Assembly: GCA_026936335.1 (NCBI GenBank)
Contig: JAPMXV010000038.1
Span: forward strand, 62,001-126,000
DNA length: 64,000 bases
Direction of reading: 5' to 3'
Source: Mantamonas sphyraenae STR306
Lineage: Eukaryota > Protista > CRuMs
Shown: piece after piece, positions 10,422-22,609 of the stretch
How positions within the stretch are numbered: position 1 is the first letter of the stretch
Layout: each line of letters begins with the position of its first letter
Translations under genes and position numbers: made by a program
Notes under the pieces: model-generated
Databases searched by the model: none
Seen by the model: the letters and a program-made list of their open reading frames with translations, nothing else
What the model was told of the DNA's origin: nothing

Positions 10422-13069
10422 ATGCCATTGCGTCTTCACTCTGTTGCAACGACAACGCTGTTGTTGCTGACTGTGTGCTGTATGCTGCTTGCTTCGACAA
10501 CTGTGGCGCAGAGCGCAGAGCCGTTCCTGATCGGTTGCAGCAACGAGGGCAACTTTGTGTATCTGAACGGCACCCAAACCACGGGGTACGACATCTATGG
10601 ACAGGTGCGGCCCAACGCGTCCCTTCCCACGGGTGGTTACGTGCATGGTTGCGTGTTGCAGCACGCCGTAGTCTTTGTCGACAAGGTGCTGGTGCCGTCG
10701 AACGATGATTTGTGGTTTGTCAAACTCCATGGCGGCAACGCCACTGCGGAACGCAAGTTTCCTGGCCACTACGTGCCCGTGGACTCTCAGTACGCGTTTG
10801 TGTACCAAGATGCCTTCCTGCCGTACCTTTCGCGTGTGGACATGAACAACATGGTGCGTACAAACTCGACACGTGTGAGCACGCCCGTCCTGTCGGCCAC
10901 ATACGACTCAAGCACAGAGCATTTGTACTACGTGACACGTAGCAGCCCCTCCTCGCCGTCCATGCTGTACCGTGTGGCGGTGGGATCGTGGGATGCGACG
11001 TCACACACATTTCTGGGCAACGTGGCGGAATTGGAACTTGGCCCGTCGGACATCTGGGGCAACGCCATCGTGAGCATGTCTGTGGCGCCATCGGGCAAAG
11101 GTGTGGTGCTTGTGCACGACCGCAACGGAGGCGAGCTGTTCACTTCGGACGATGTGTTTGCCGCCTTCCGGTTGGGACAGGCGGTGGATGCAAACACGGT
11201 TGCCGCGCTGAAGGAGGGAGGGCCACAGGGACAGCTGAACCAGCTGTACTTTATGCGCTACTCCTTCCCGTTTGATGCCGTGAACAACTTTGGGGCTACA
11301 CTGGCCACGCAGACGCTGCCAACAGCGCTGACGGATCTGCGATTCGTGAGCGTGGATCCGACGCTGGTGGTCTCTGGGCTGGACCTCACGGGCAAGTTTC
11401 CCATGGAGACGTTTGAGACGCAGTCGCTGCAGCCGTGGATTTATGCTGCGCGAGGATTGCGCAGCATGCAGTGTTCAGCGTATTCGGGCAACTACGCGTG
11501 GGTGATGACCTCGAACGTTCGCGAGCTGCGCATGGTGCTGTTGACCCCGGGCACACACACACTTCGCTTTTATTATCGGGCCGGATCCAGTTCGCAGTGT
11601 GAGCAGCCGGACTTTAACGAGGATCTGATTGTGCAGTTTGTGTATGCATCCGGGAGCGTGCTGACTCAGCGGAATTTGGCGTCGACGTCGGCAACGCGGT
11701 CGCAGTGGACACTTTTCACTTTGCAGGTCACGGTATCGGGCCAGTCAGGCTACTTTGTGATCAAGCAGACGTCATTTTCGGGGGACACGATTGACAACTG
11801 GGGAATCGACAACCTGAAGATGGACAGCACGGCAACGCAGTCGCTACGACGACCACGGTGTATCCGATGGAGACGTTTGAAACAGCGACAACGCAATCGT
11901 GGCTGGTCGCGTCCAGTGGCACGCGTTCAAGCACATGCGGCTCCGAGTCACCGCCGTACGCATTCAAGTTTACGGGCTCGACGCGCTACTTGCAAACAAT
12001 GTCGCTTGCCTCGGGACGACACACACTCTCCTTCTTTTACAACGTGGGAAAGGACGGTTCCTCGGGCTGCGAGCGACCAGACTCTGGAGAGGACCTGGTC
12101 GTGCGCTACCGACAAACGATCCCCACGTCGCAGGAGCAGGTGGAAACGATTTCGTACAGCACTGCCTCAACGACTGCCTTTCGGCAGTATTCCTTCACCG
12201 TGAACGCACCCAACACGGGCTACCTGGAGATCACACAGGCTCGCTTCTCCAGCAGCACCATCGACAACTGGCTGATTGACAACGTGCAGCTGACGACGTC
12301 GACGTACCAAGGCGGGTCGTTGACAACGCCAACACCGACGCCGACCCCGGGGCCTACATCGACATCGACAACCCTTACGTCCATGCGCACGTCTCTATAC
12401 GCCAAACGATCCAGCTGGGTGCGTACAGGCAAGCTGGTGCTGATGTTCCGCCCGTCGCTGGGGTCGGTGAGCGTGCCCAGCAAGGCAACCGGGTTCAAGG
12501 GATCAAACAGCAATGACCAGGCGATCCTGCTGGAAAAGGGATCGTGGAAGATTTCGTGGAACCTTCCCAACGCCAACGTCATCGAGTACACTGTCGTTGT
12601 GTCGGACAAGAAGATCGCGCCAAGCGGAAGATGTAGGTTGATCCTGTTGTGGCGAATCCCTCCACCATCCACTCACTCACACTCGGTTTTCCCCACTTGC
12701 AGATTACATGTATCGCACAAGCAGCAGCTCGACGTCGACGAGTGTGTCATGCACACGGTGGACAAGCAGCACAAGCGACAGCAGCTCGAGCAAGACCCGC
12801 AAAATGCACCAGGTTACCAGCAAGGGCTTAAGCGCAAGCAAGGCCACAGACTACATTTCCACTGTGCGCGCGAGTGCGTCAGGCAGGAGCAGCTGCTACT
12901 ATTACTCAAGTTTGAGGCAACTGCCAAAAGCAGCGCAACGACGACTCAAGACGCCGATCTGCACGTGCTGGAGGTGTATCTGAGTGGTACGTGGAAGATT
13001 GGGGTGCATTTGGGCCATGTGATGGCCATGGCTGCGGCGGTTTTCGTGGTGGGTGGATGGATTGTGTGA
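10422..13069 (+). CDS. Tandem paralog of the preceding surface protein (two reelin-like subrepeats); intron 12633-12702; frame breaks near 11830 and 12909
   Basis: N-domain aligns with the paralog (CSNEGNFVYLNG vs CNTDGTMTYLNG; YVPVDSQYAFVYQD..LPYLS vs YVKISDTQAYVYRQD..PYLS); repeats end DNWGIDN / DNWLIDN; GTAGGT...TTGCAG intron; hydrophobic C-terminus. Confidence 0.75.
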
Positions 13070-13166
13070 GAAGTGGCGATGGGAAACCGGCCGGGAATGG
13101 CAAGTTTGAAAAAGAAACGCTCGGCGTTCGCCCACGCCACCAACAAAATTCAGTCACACCTTCCGC

Positions 13167-14721
13167 ATGAGCAGCAGCACTGGCTGGTGGATTGCCACCA
13201 ACGACGAACTTGCACGTGAGGCAGAGTACGCAATGATGCACGATGTCGAGACCCCGCTGTTTGCGGCCGAGGTGCCCGTGGACGGCGCGGGCAATTTCAT
13301 GCACACCTTGACGACAGACAAGTCGTCTGCACTTCACATCGCAGCACTGCAGTGTGACCTGGCCTTTGAGAGGGCCAAGGAAGAGGCAGCCAAGGCAGCA
13401 AGCGCACAGGGGTGGTTTTGGTCGTCGTCGTCGAATAACGCAGACGAGGCCGAGAACGCCGTCGATGCGGCCGAGTTTGAACCGCCCAAGGATCTGGAGG
13501 CCATCAACGCAGAGGCAAGCCACATAACACCGTGGAGGTAGATCCAAATGCACCTGCTCTGGTGGTGTGTCACGGGTGAGTGCCGTGTGGATGATGGGGG
13601 CGTTGACACGCAGAGAATTCCTTTCCGGCTCGTGTGCTGACGTGGTGATGACGACGTTGGTCGTGGACACCCACCGCAGGTTCGGCGCAGGGCTGGGGTT
13701 CTTTTACAATCAGGTGGACGCCTTTGCGTCGACGGGCATGCGTGTGTACTTTCTGGACTGGCTGGGGATGGGCCGGTCGTCACGCCCAGAGTTTCCCTTT
13801 TCCAAGGACGAGGACGAGGGAGTGCAGCTGGCAGAGGACTTTTTCCTGGATGCACTGGAGGAGTGGCGTAAGAAGATGGGGTTGGAAGAGTTTGTGTTGA
13901 TGGGTCACTCCCTGGGGGGCTACCTGAGTGCTGTGTACACGTTGAAGCATCCCGAGCGGGTCAGGCATCTGTTTCTGGTGTCCCCCGTGGGACTTCCCGA
14001 CCGTCCGGACGACTCGCAGGCGCCACCAGGCGTGCTGTTCAAAGTGGTGCGCTCGCTGTGGAACTCGGGCATTTCGCCACAAAGTGTCATGCGTTTCGCA
14101 GGGCCGTTTGGCAGGGGCATTGCCGACAAGTACGTGGATAGGCGCATGTCACATCTGGAAGACGTGGTGCGCGACCGTCTGGCCGATTATCTGTATCACA
14201 TCAGCGCTGGGGTGGGATCGGGCGAGTATTCGGTGAGTACCATCCTTGCACCGGGCGCCTGGGCACGAAAGCCCCTCGTTCATAGGCTCCAGGACTTGGA
14301 GGTGCCCGTCACGTTTATGTACGGCTCGCATGATTGGATGGGACCCGAGCATGCGCTGGATGCCAAGCAGAACATGAAGGTCCCTGTGCAGGTGGTGCGT
14401 GTGCGCCACGCGGGCCACCACTTGTATCTGGACAACGAAGATTCATTCAACGAGATTTCCCTGCGACTGCTCAACGAGCTGGTGACCACAGACGACGAAG
14501 GGACGCTGGTGTTTGCGGAGCTGAGCCACGACCAGCTGGCAACCACCTTTGAGCTGCTCACGGAGCATGACTCGCTCGAGCATCACCTGGCCAAGGCAGC
14601 CAAGAAAGAGGCCAAGCGGGCACAAGAAGAGGAGCACCTCAGGAAGCTTGCCGAGCAGAAGGATTTGGAAGACGATGCGGCAGGCTCTGCCCTGCCCATT
14701 GTGGCCTCTGTGGAAGAGTAA
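13167..14721 (+). CDS. ABHD4/ABHD5/CLD1-family alpha/beta hydrolase-acyltransferase; intron 13576-13679; frame break near 13527
   Basis: LVVCHG|FGAGLGFFY restored by a GTGAGT...CCGCAG intron; DWLGMGRSSRP, GHSLGGY nucleophile elbow, YGSHDWM, AGHHLYLDN (HX4D). Confidence 0.9.
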
Positions 14722-14809
14722 CGAGCACAATAGAGAACACAATCACTCCAAACACTATGGTATGTGTGTGTGTGTGTATGAAGTTTGCACTCACAGCCTC
14801 TCAGCATGA

Positions 14810-15774
14810 TCACAACACGCTGTCAAACACATTCTTCTCCTTCTTGCGCGTGCCCCGTCCCTTTTTGCGTCCCAACACAATGGTCGACTCGATGCCCACG
14901 CCTGTGATGGTGTCTGTGTCTTTTTCTGTGTCCTCTGTGTTGTCCCCACTGCTGCCTGCTGCTGCCACTGCTACTACTGCTGCTGCTGCTGCTGCTCACG
15001 CCCGCGTCCTCGCTGGCATCACCTTCCAGCTCCACATCTACGGCGTCCTCATCGTCGGCAGTCATGAGCGATGAGTCCTGTTCAAACATCTGGCGTCCAG
15101 TCAGCTTGACCTTGCGCCCGGAGGAGGATTGGGCTCGCCGAGAGTTTTTGCTCTCCCGCGCAGCCATGCGTTCGGCATCAAACTTCATCTTCCACTCCTC
15201 AAAGTTGTCTCGTGTCACAGGAGTGCCAGCACGTCGTTCCCGCTCCTCCTGTTCCAACCGAATGAGCCGTTTGCGCTCCTCTTCGGCTGCGACCTCTTCG
15301 GCCAGTTTCGCCTCTTCCACAGCCGTCACCATGGCGCCGTAGCAGTCGGTCAGCCACTCCTGCATTTCCGACACAAGAGTAAAGCCCACAATCATCCCTT
15401 CGTACTGCTCCATCTGCGTGTGAACAGTGCCGTGGGGAGGGCGTCAGCGTGAGCGGCCATCATGCATTCTCTCGCCCACATTCCCATCCACGTACCGTCG
15501 TCGTCAACAGGGCCAGCAACTCGTTGCGTTGGTCCTCTGTCAGAGTGTCGCTGAGCACGTCGACCAGAGGTGGCGCATCGGACGGGTATTCAGGCACTTG
15601 GGTCATGACCAGCGTGGCCTGCGGCAGTTCCAGCCCCTGCTGGCCCTCCTCCGCTTGTGCTGTGAGCACAATGCCAAACTGGTGCTCGCCCATCTCCTCA
15701 TACTCCTCCGGGTACATCGACTGCAGCGCCTCCATCTCCATTTGCTGCTCCTCGGCGTTTTCTTCCGTGGACAT
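14810..15774 (-). CDS. RWD-domain protein, RWDD1/GIR2-like (DRG-binding); intron 15414-15495; frame break near 14957
   Basis: EEQQMEMEALQSMYPEE, YPSDAP, GMIVGFTLV, GTPVTRDNFEEWKMKF, KLTGRQMFE; GTACGT...CAG intron. Confidence 0.85.
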
Positions 15775-15906
15775 GGCCGAGAGCGGGTGTTTGGGTTGGC
15801 CTGGCCTGGCATTCGAGCTGAACAATGACAAGGAAGCGTGGGCATGGATGGGTGAGGGGAAGGAGGGGGGAATGGGAAAAGCGACTGTGTGGCTCTTTGC
15901 ATTTCG

Positions 15907-17579
15907 TCATCGAAGCCAGCGGTACAGAACGCGTCGAGCTCAAAGTTGACATTGCGGGCGACACTGCGGATGAAATCCTTGTTGACGTTGCACCGCAGCT
16001 TGACTTGTTCCAGGTTGTTGGCGTTGGACATGCGCGAGAGGAAGCCGAGGGATTGAAGGGTGTTGATCTGAAAGTACACCTCGGCGGTGTCTGCCTGGGG
16101 CGTCTCATCGAGAATGGCGTGGTAGATGGCAATCATGCGCTCGAGGGGAAACTGCTTTGGCCCCAACAGTTCCTGTTCGATGCGGTCGCCTTTGGCAGCT
16201 GCACCGCCGCGACGGCGCTTCTGTTTGGCCAGGCGGTCACCCATGGCCGAGGAAAAGTACTGGCGATCCAGTTTGGCCGGGTTGTACGATGCCAAATAGC
16301 TGGCCAGCAGGAGGAACTTGGCGTGGAAAGGGAGTTCAAACTCGAGTTTGGAGCCTGCGGCCTGGAGCTTCTTGAGCTGATCGCTCTTGTGGGAGGCCTT
16401 GCGGTACTGGGTCCACTCGGTGAGGGTAAACTCGCGCAAATAGATGCGATCGAGGACTTGACGCATGTACGGGTGCATGTGGCTGTACAGAGCACCCGCA
16501 TCGCCTGGTGCAGCGGCCCCGCGTTGCACGGGCTCCACGTACACGGGCAGCAGGAGACGGGTCAGGTAGGTGAGTTCGGTGAGATCGCGACAAATGCCAT
16601 GGAAAACCTGTGTGAGCATGGACATGAACGAGTCCATGACACACTGTCGTTGGGCGTCGGAATGTTTGCTCAGCAAGGTGCGCAGCATGGGTGTGTGTTC
16701 CCGCTGCAGGATGGTTTGCAACACCTCCAGTGGATACTCGGGAAAGTGGACGGTGAAGGGTTCGAGCAGAGCGGAGCCACGGTGCATGTCGTGCCAGTCG
16801 ATGCGTGAGGAGAGCAGCACGCACACGTTGGCACCCGTCAGCTCGTGCAGACGCATGAGTGAACTCAACACAGAGTCCCGGTGGCTGCGAAGGCGTTCGG
16901 CGTTGTCAAATACAAGGTAGGTGGTGCCTGTGCACGCGTGTTGCTGCAGATAGGCCGACAGCTGTGTGACAAACGCGTTCATGGTGCCGCAGTGGCCCAT
17001 CCACGGCTCCCTGTCCGTTGTGTGCACCTGTGCCATGATCCGTTCCAGCATGAGACGTACCGTGTATGTTTGGTTGCAATTGACGTAGGCAAAGCGTGCC
17101 TCCACCTCCTGTTCTGCCGCAAGCCGCTTCCAGTACGCCAGCAACGCCTTGAGCACCGCCGTTTTGCCCGTACCGGCATGCCCAAACACATACACAGGCT
17201 CACACTCCTCCTCTGCCTCCCCAGTCAACAGCATCAACTGTCGAATCTGTTCCTCACGTCCCGGAAAAGCTGTGCGTATGTCCTGCAACAACTCGGCCGC
17301 GGTCCCGATTGGATCGCCTCCCGCCGCTGCTGCTGCCGTGGACGGCACAGCCTCCTTTAGCTTCTGTTCGGCTTCCACCCGTTGTCGCTTCCGTTGCCGT
17401 GCCACAATGGCCGTGCTTTCGATGTGGCTGTCGCTGCCACTGCTGCTCCTTGCAGCCGTGGGCAACACCACCAGCTCACCCGACTCGCTATCCGAGTCGG
17501 ACGAGTCTCCGTCCACATGCACCACCTCCACCACCTTTCGCTTTCTCCGCGTCCTTGAGCGGGAGCTGCGTGTAGACAT
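15907..17579 (-). CDS. ORC5: Origin recognition complex subunit 5
   Basis: FPGREEQI, Walker A GHAGTGKT, LVFDNAERL, KFLLLASYLASYNP..D, LLGPKQFPLERMIAIY. One missing base near 15927 restores the C-terminus DAFLYRWLR* (TGA 15907). Confidence 0.93.
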
Positions 17580-17662
17580 CGGGTTGATTCCTGGGTGTTG
17601 GGCTGGGGCGAGGCGAGCGAGCGACCGCTGCCCCACTCCATCACATCACACCCTGCGGTCTC

Positions 17663-20600
17663 ATGGACGACAATCTGTCCGCACTGTTGGCTGCGTGTGA
17701 CAAGCTGCGGACAAGTGGTGCCGCAGATGAAGAGGCTGGCAGGGCCGTGGCTGAGCATTTGGCCACGTTGCAGGTGAGGCACATTGGAGACGAGACGTCT
17801 TGTGGGCTCGGCTCCACACCGTGTGCTGTGCACTCTCTCTGACACACCCCTCTGCGACATCCACACAGGAACTGTTGGACGAAGGAGAAGGCGACGGCAA
17901 TTTGGCAGAGATGATGTCCAGTGTGCATCGTGTGGCGTTGCAGCTGGTGCAGCTCGTGGAACACGACGCAGCGCGCGGCGTCGCCCTGCAACTGCTTGCG
18001 GCGCTGCTGGACGAGTCAGACGAAATGCTAGAGGCCCTGCAAGCGTTGTCGGACAAGCGGTGGATGTCGTTTGTGGACGTGGCGGTGCAGCTTGCGCAAG
18101 AGGTGGAGCTGCAGAGCGATGCGATGGAAGTTGGGTTGCTGGAGGTGAACACGGTGAGCTTACGATGCGCGCGATGATGGCAAGTTGACGCGCACCGACT
18201 ACGACTGACACGTGACACACGCGTGGATGGATGCGCATGGTATGGCGTTGACACACACTGCAGATGTTGGACGTGTTGCATGTGGTGTTGACCCAAGGGG
18301 ACACGGTGTGTCCTTCGTGGTGGCAACAGAGCAAGCTGATCGAATTGTTTGCGTCCATATCCTCGGCTGCATACACACACACTCTGGGAGAAGAGAAGGA
18401 GGCAAGCGAGGAGGACGCCGAGACACAAGACAAGCGTACGCGTGACTGGGATGCATACTTGTCGTGCCACCAGTTGTTGCTGCGCACACACGTGCTGGCA
18501 CTACAGCTACTGCGGCACACGCTGCACGCCGACCCGCAACTGCTGGGCGAGCTGCAACGCGAATGTGCTGTGGTGCAACAGCAGAGTGGCATGCTGCGTC
18601 ATCGTCTCAGTCTCTTCCTCCTGCGTGACCTGGACCCAGAGCGAACGATGCGCTTCCCGCTCAGTTTCGTGGAGCTGACCGAGCTGTTTGCAGTCCTGGT
18701 TGCCGCTGCTCTGGAGGAGCAGGGACACAGCGATGACGATGACGATGACGAGCAGCAGCAGCCACACCCGCTTGCAGATGTGATTGACGAGAGTCTGGTG
18801 GATCTGCTGCTTGATCACTGCCTGTACGACACCTCGTTTGCAGCCAGCAACCTGTTTTACCCTGCGCTTGCGCTGCTGTCTGCGTTGTATGTGAGTGCGG
18901 AATCGCATGAGGAAAGTGCAACGGTGTCGCAGCGTGTGTGGCAAGCTTGTGAAAAGAGGCGGCAGGAGGAGACGGAGGAGGAGGAGGAGGAGGAAGCCAC
19001 GGTGGACGACGATCCGGTGAAGCATCTGCATGAAATGGCACACACGATGCAATTTCTTCAACGGGAGATGCACACGGTGCGCACGAGACACTTTGAAGCG
19101 GACGAGGTTGTGGCCGCACTCGATGCGATGCGAGCCGAGGTCTTTGCCACGCCACGAAGCCAGCATCTGTTTGTGTTGATGCCTTCGGCGTTGCACATGC
19201 TGATTGGCCAGTGTTTGAACAATTTGGACGAGGCAGTGATGACCATGACGCTCAAGACGTGCTACGCCTTGGCACTGGGCAATATCAACACGCAGGCGGA
19301 TCTTATGCGTGCAGGCATCCTCCCTGCGCTGTTGTACTGTCTTGAAGATCCCAACACGGAGATCCAACGGCTGGCTTTGCATCTGCTGGCGCTTCTGGTG
19401 GAGGAGCACGTGGAGGCGCGTGCGGAACTGCGCTTCAACGGGACGTGTGAGCGCCTGGTGACGTTGCTGCAGAGTAGCACGCGAGAAGGAGACCTGGTGA
19501 CCATGGATGCACTGTTGAATGTGCTGAGTCATGTGGTGACCAACAACGCGGCCAACCAGCAGTATGTTTGTTCCCTCGATGTCCTGAGCATCTTGATGGA
19601 GGCTCTGGAGGGTGCTTACGAGCGACTGGAGGGTGGAAACGGTGCCGGTGCCGGCGGCGATGATGATGAAGGCACGCAGGAGGAGGAGGTGGCGGTGGTG
19701 GATGACGCATCGATTGTGGACTTGCTCTTTGTGATGATCAACAACACCATCTACAAAAACCACGCAGCACAAACGCAAGCGGCGGAGCTGGGTGTACTTT
19801 CGTTGTGCTTCCGCATGGCACGTGAGGATCCGCGTGTGAGTGCGTCGGTGAAGGACCGCACGTCTCTGCAGGTGATCACAGATCAACTGCGTGCACAGGG
19901 AGACTCGACAGGACTGGAGGCACACTGGAACCAGCTGGTGGATGTGCTCAACCTTCTGGTGAACCTTGTGGATGGGTGTGTGCCCAACCAAGACCTTGTG
20001 CTGGAGCATTTGGACGAGAGCGACCCTCTGCTCTCTCAATTTCTGAGCCACGAGTCTCCTCACGTGCGCAACATGGGCGTGCTGTGGCTTTCCCACCTGG
20101 CTTGGAGCCATAGGCGCAACCAGGATGCGTTTGGGAGCCAGGAGAACATCGGGTATGTCCTGCGTGTGTTGCGCGATGGCGTAGAAGAACAGAGCGGAGC
20201 CAGCAGCAGCAGTGGTGACAGTACCAACATCAACACGGCAGCGATGCAGGAGTATGGGATCGACATGAGCAGTGGGTCGGTGATCACGGATGATCAGGGG
20301 GTGCCTGTGAGCACCAACATGACTTTGGAACCCGTGGGAGGCGGTGTGGGTGCAAGCAGCCGCAGTGGCCCTGGGCGTAACGAGCAACACGTGGCGGCAA
20401 GTGCACAGGCAGGAGCACAGTTGGCCATGGTGGCGCTGATCAACCTCTCGTTTCAGAACGAGCGCGTGCAAACACACGTGCACGCGCTGGATGGCATTGC
20501 ACCCATCCTCAGCTACCTGGGCAGCAGCCACTACCACATGCGACAAACAGCCACGTTTTGCCTGGGCAACCTGGTCAAGGAGAACGACGCGGTTGCGGCG

Positions 20601-21527
20601 GGTCTGGTGGCGTGCGACGGCGTAGAGCGACTGGTGGATGTCATCAACGACGAGGAAAACGACGAACTGTCGCAAAAGGCATTTGTGACCCTGAGCAATC
20701 TGCGTACGCATGCAGTCGATCGCTTGTGGACGCTGTTGGGCGAGTATGGCAATGCTTTGCCTGCCATTGGCGACGCTGTGTCGAAGCAAGGCGCGCTGCG
20801 AGCCGACGCCATCTACGAGCAGCTGGATAAGTATCTCCCCGTAGCCAATGGGCTGATCTATGTGGCTGACGACAACAGAGAGCACGTGCTGGGGCGTGCA
20901 GACGGGTTGACGGCGGCGGCGCAGTTCCTGGACAAGCAGCTACCGGCGTATCTGTACGAGTACGTGGGCTACATCCTGGAAAATCTGATGGGCCGTATGG
21001 AAAAATCGGTGCAGGAGAATGCGCTGGCCACAGGGGTGCTGTTTACGTTGGCGCGCTTCCTGGTGGCGAGCGGCAGACAGTCGCAAGCGAGCAGCCAGGA
21101 CGCGTTGGAGCTGCTGTCGAGTCGGGCCAGCGTGTATGGCGCCATCAACAGTGCCACACACACATGTAAGGACAACCTGCGTGCGTGTGGTGAGCAGTAC
21201 GAGGAGGCACGGGAGCTGGCAAGCACGATTGTGGCGGATGTCAGCTTGTCCGGCTGGGAGTTTCTGGAAGACATGGACGAAAGCCAGGCCATGGAGGAAC
21301 ACCGCGGTCTGTTGGAAGTGCTCACCGAGTTTCAGGGCAAGGCCACGATGTTGCTTATTGGTCTGTGTGAGATGCCAGAGCTGGAACAGCTCATGCGTGG
21401 CGCGGGTGCCACCGAGCTTGTGGAGGGTCTTGCTGACGACGGCGAGTTGACACAAGTCATTGCTGCCAAAGCACAACGGATTCTTGTGGAGTGGGGCATG
21501 CGTGAGGACACGGCGCGACGAGATTGA
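17663..21527 (+). CDS. Large armadillo/HEAT-repeat protein (~1220 aa); introns 17774-17868 and 18154-18263
   Basis: Helical Leu-rich repeats with ARM-type N..NQ....GI and LGNLV motifs; two in-frame GTGAG...CAG introns link upstream exons to the 1087-aa ORF. Confidence 0.75.
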
Positions 21528-21552
21528 ACGAATGAGGTTGCTGTTTTCAGGT

Positions 21553-22567
21553 TCATTGTTTGCTGGGCCACCAGTCGAATTGGGCCAGTTTGTGAAAGAC
21601 CGGGCGGCCGTGTGGACACTTCAGGGTGTCGATTTCGTAGTGAGAGCGCCATAGGGCCTTGTTGGAGCGCAAGCGGTGAAGGCAGTCGGTGGCGTCGAGA
21701 ACGCCCAAGGCGGTGGTCATGGTGCCTGCCAGACGTGCTGCCTGGTCTCTGTAGTGCGCAAGTACGCGTGGAAGGAGGAGAGATGCAGGAAAGTTGGCAC
21801 GAAGGGGGTCGGGTGAGTCGGGCAGCTCGTGGTTTTCCTGTGCAACGATGACCTTGCGGCACAGTGTCAGGAGGTCAGACAAGCCAAAGTTTGTGATTGC
21901 ACCGGCCATGCCATAGATCTGGAAGCCGTACTGTTGGTCAGAGGTCATCTGGTCCTTGTGTGGGGCGCGTACGCGGAATCCGTTGCGGTCAAGGATGCAC
22001 TCCAGGGTGGGCTGAGGCAAGAGCCAGCCTACGTTGTCTGCGCGCGTGCACTGGGAAACGAGCCACTCAAAGGCAGTGCGGTCGCGTGCGCTCTTCATGT
22101 CGCCAAGGGTGACGTGCTGGGCCGGCTCGACCAGGTCGCACTGGATTGGATTGTGGTTGAGGAAGCCCCAGAGCATGAGCACCTCCTCAGCATGCATCAG
22201 ATCCATGGCATACACCGACGTTTGTCGCTTGGCCAGCTGATTGTACGTGAGTACAAACGTGCACAGACGTTCATCCGGCAATTTGCCCACGACTCGGTAC
22301 GTGTCGTCAGCCATCTCGCTCCTGTCCAGTCGCTGCCGCTTATTGTCTGGCTGCATGCTGCCCATACACCGTTCCATGGTTTCCCACGGTGACAACTTGA
22401 CTGTCGGTGTCGCCTGTGCGGTATCGTCCTCCACTGTGTCGTCAAACATTTCGCTGGCACCGCGTTTCCTGACCGCGCTGGGCAGTTCCAGCCTCATTTG
22501 GCCGTCTGCAAGCGGCGACGAGGTTTTCTTTGAAGAACGTGTGCTGCGCTTGCGCGATGCCGAAGAG

Positions 22568-22609
<42 letters not shown>

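Noticed and set aside
15603-15906. ORC5-RWD fusion or long ORC5 C-terminal extension
   Set aside because: A single missing base near 15927 restores a normal ORC5 end; the RWD gene has its own ATG at 15774.
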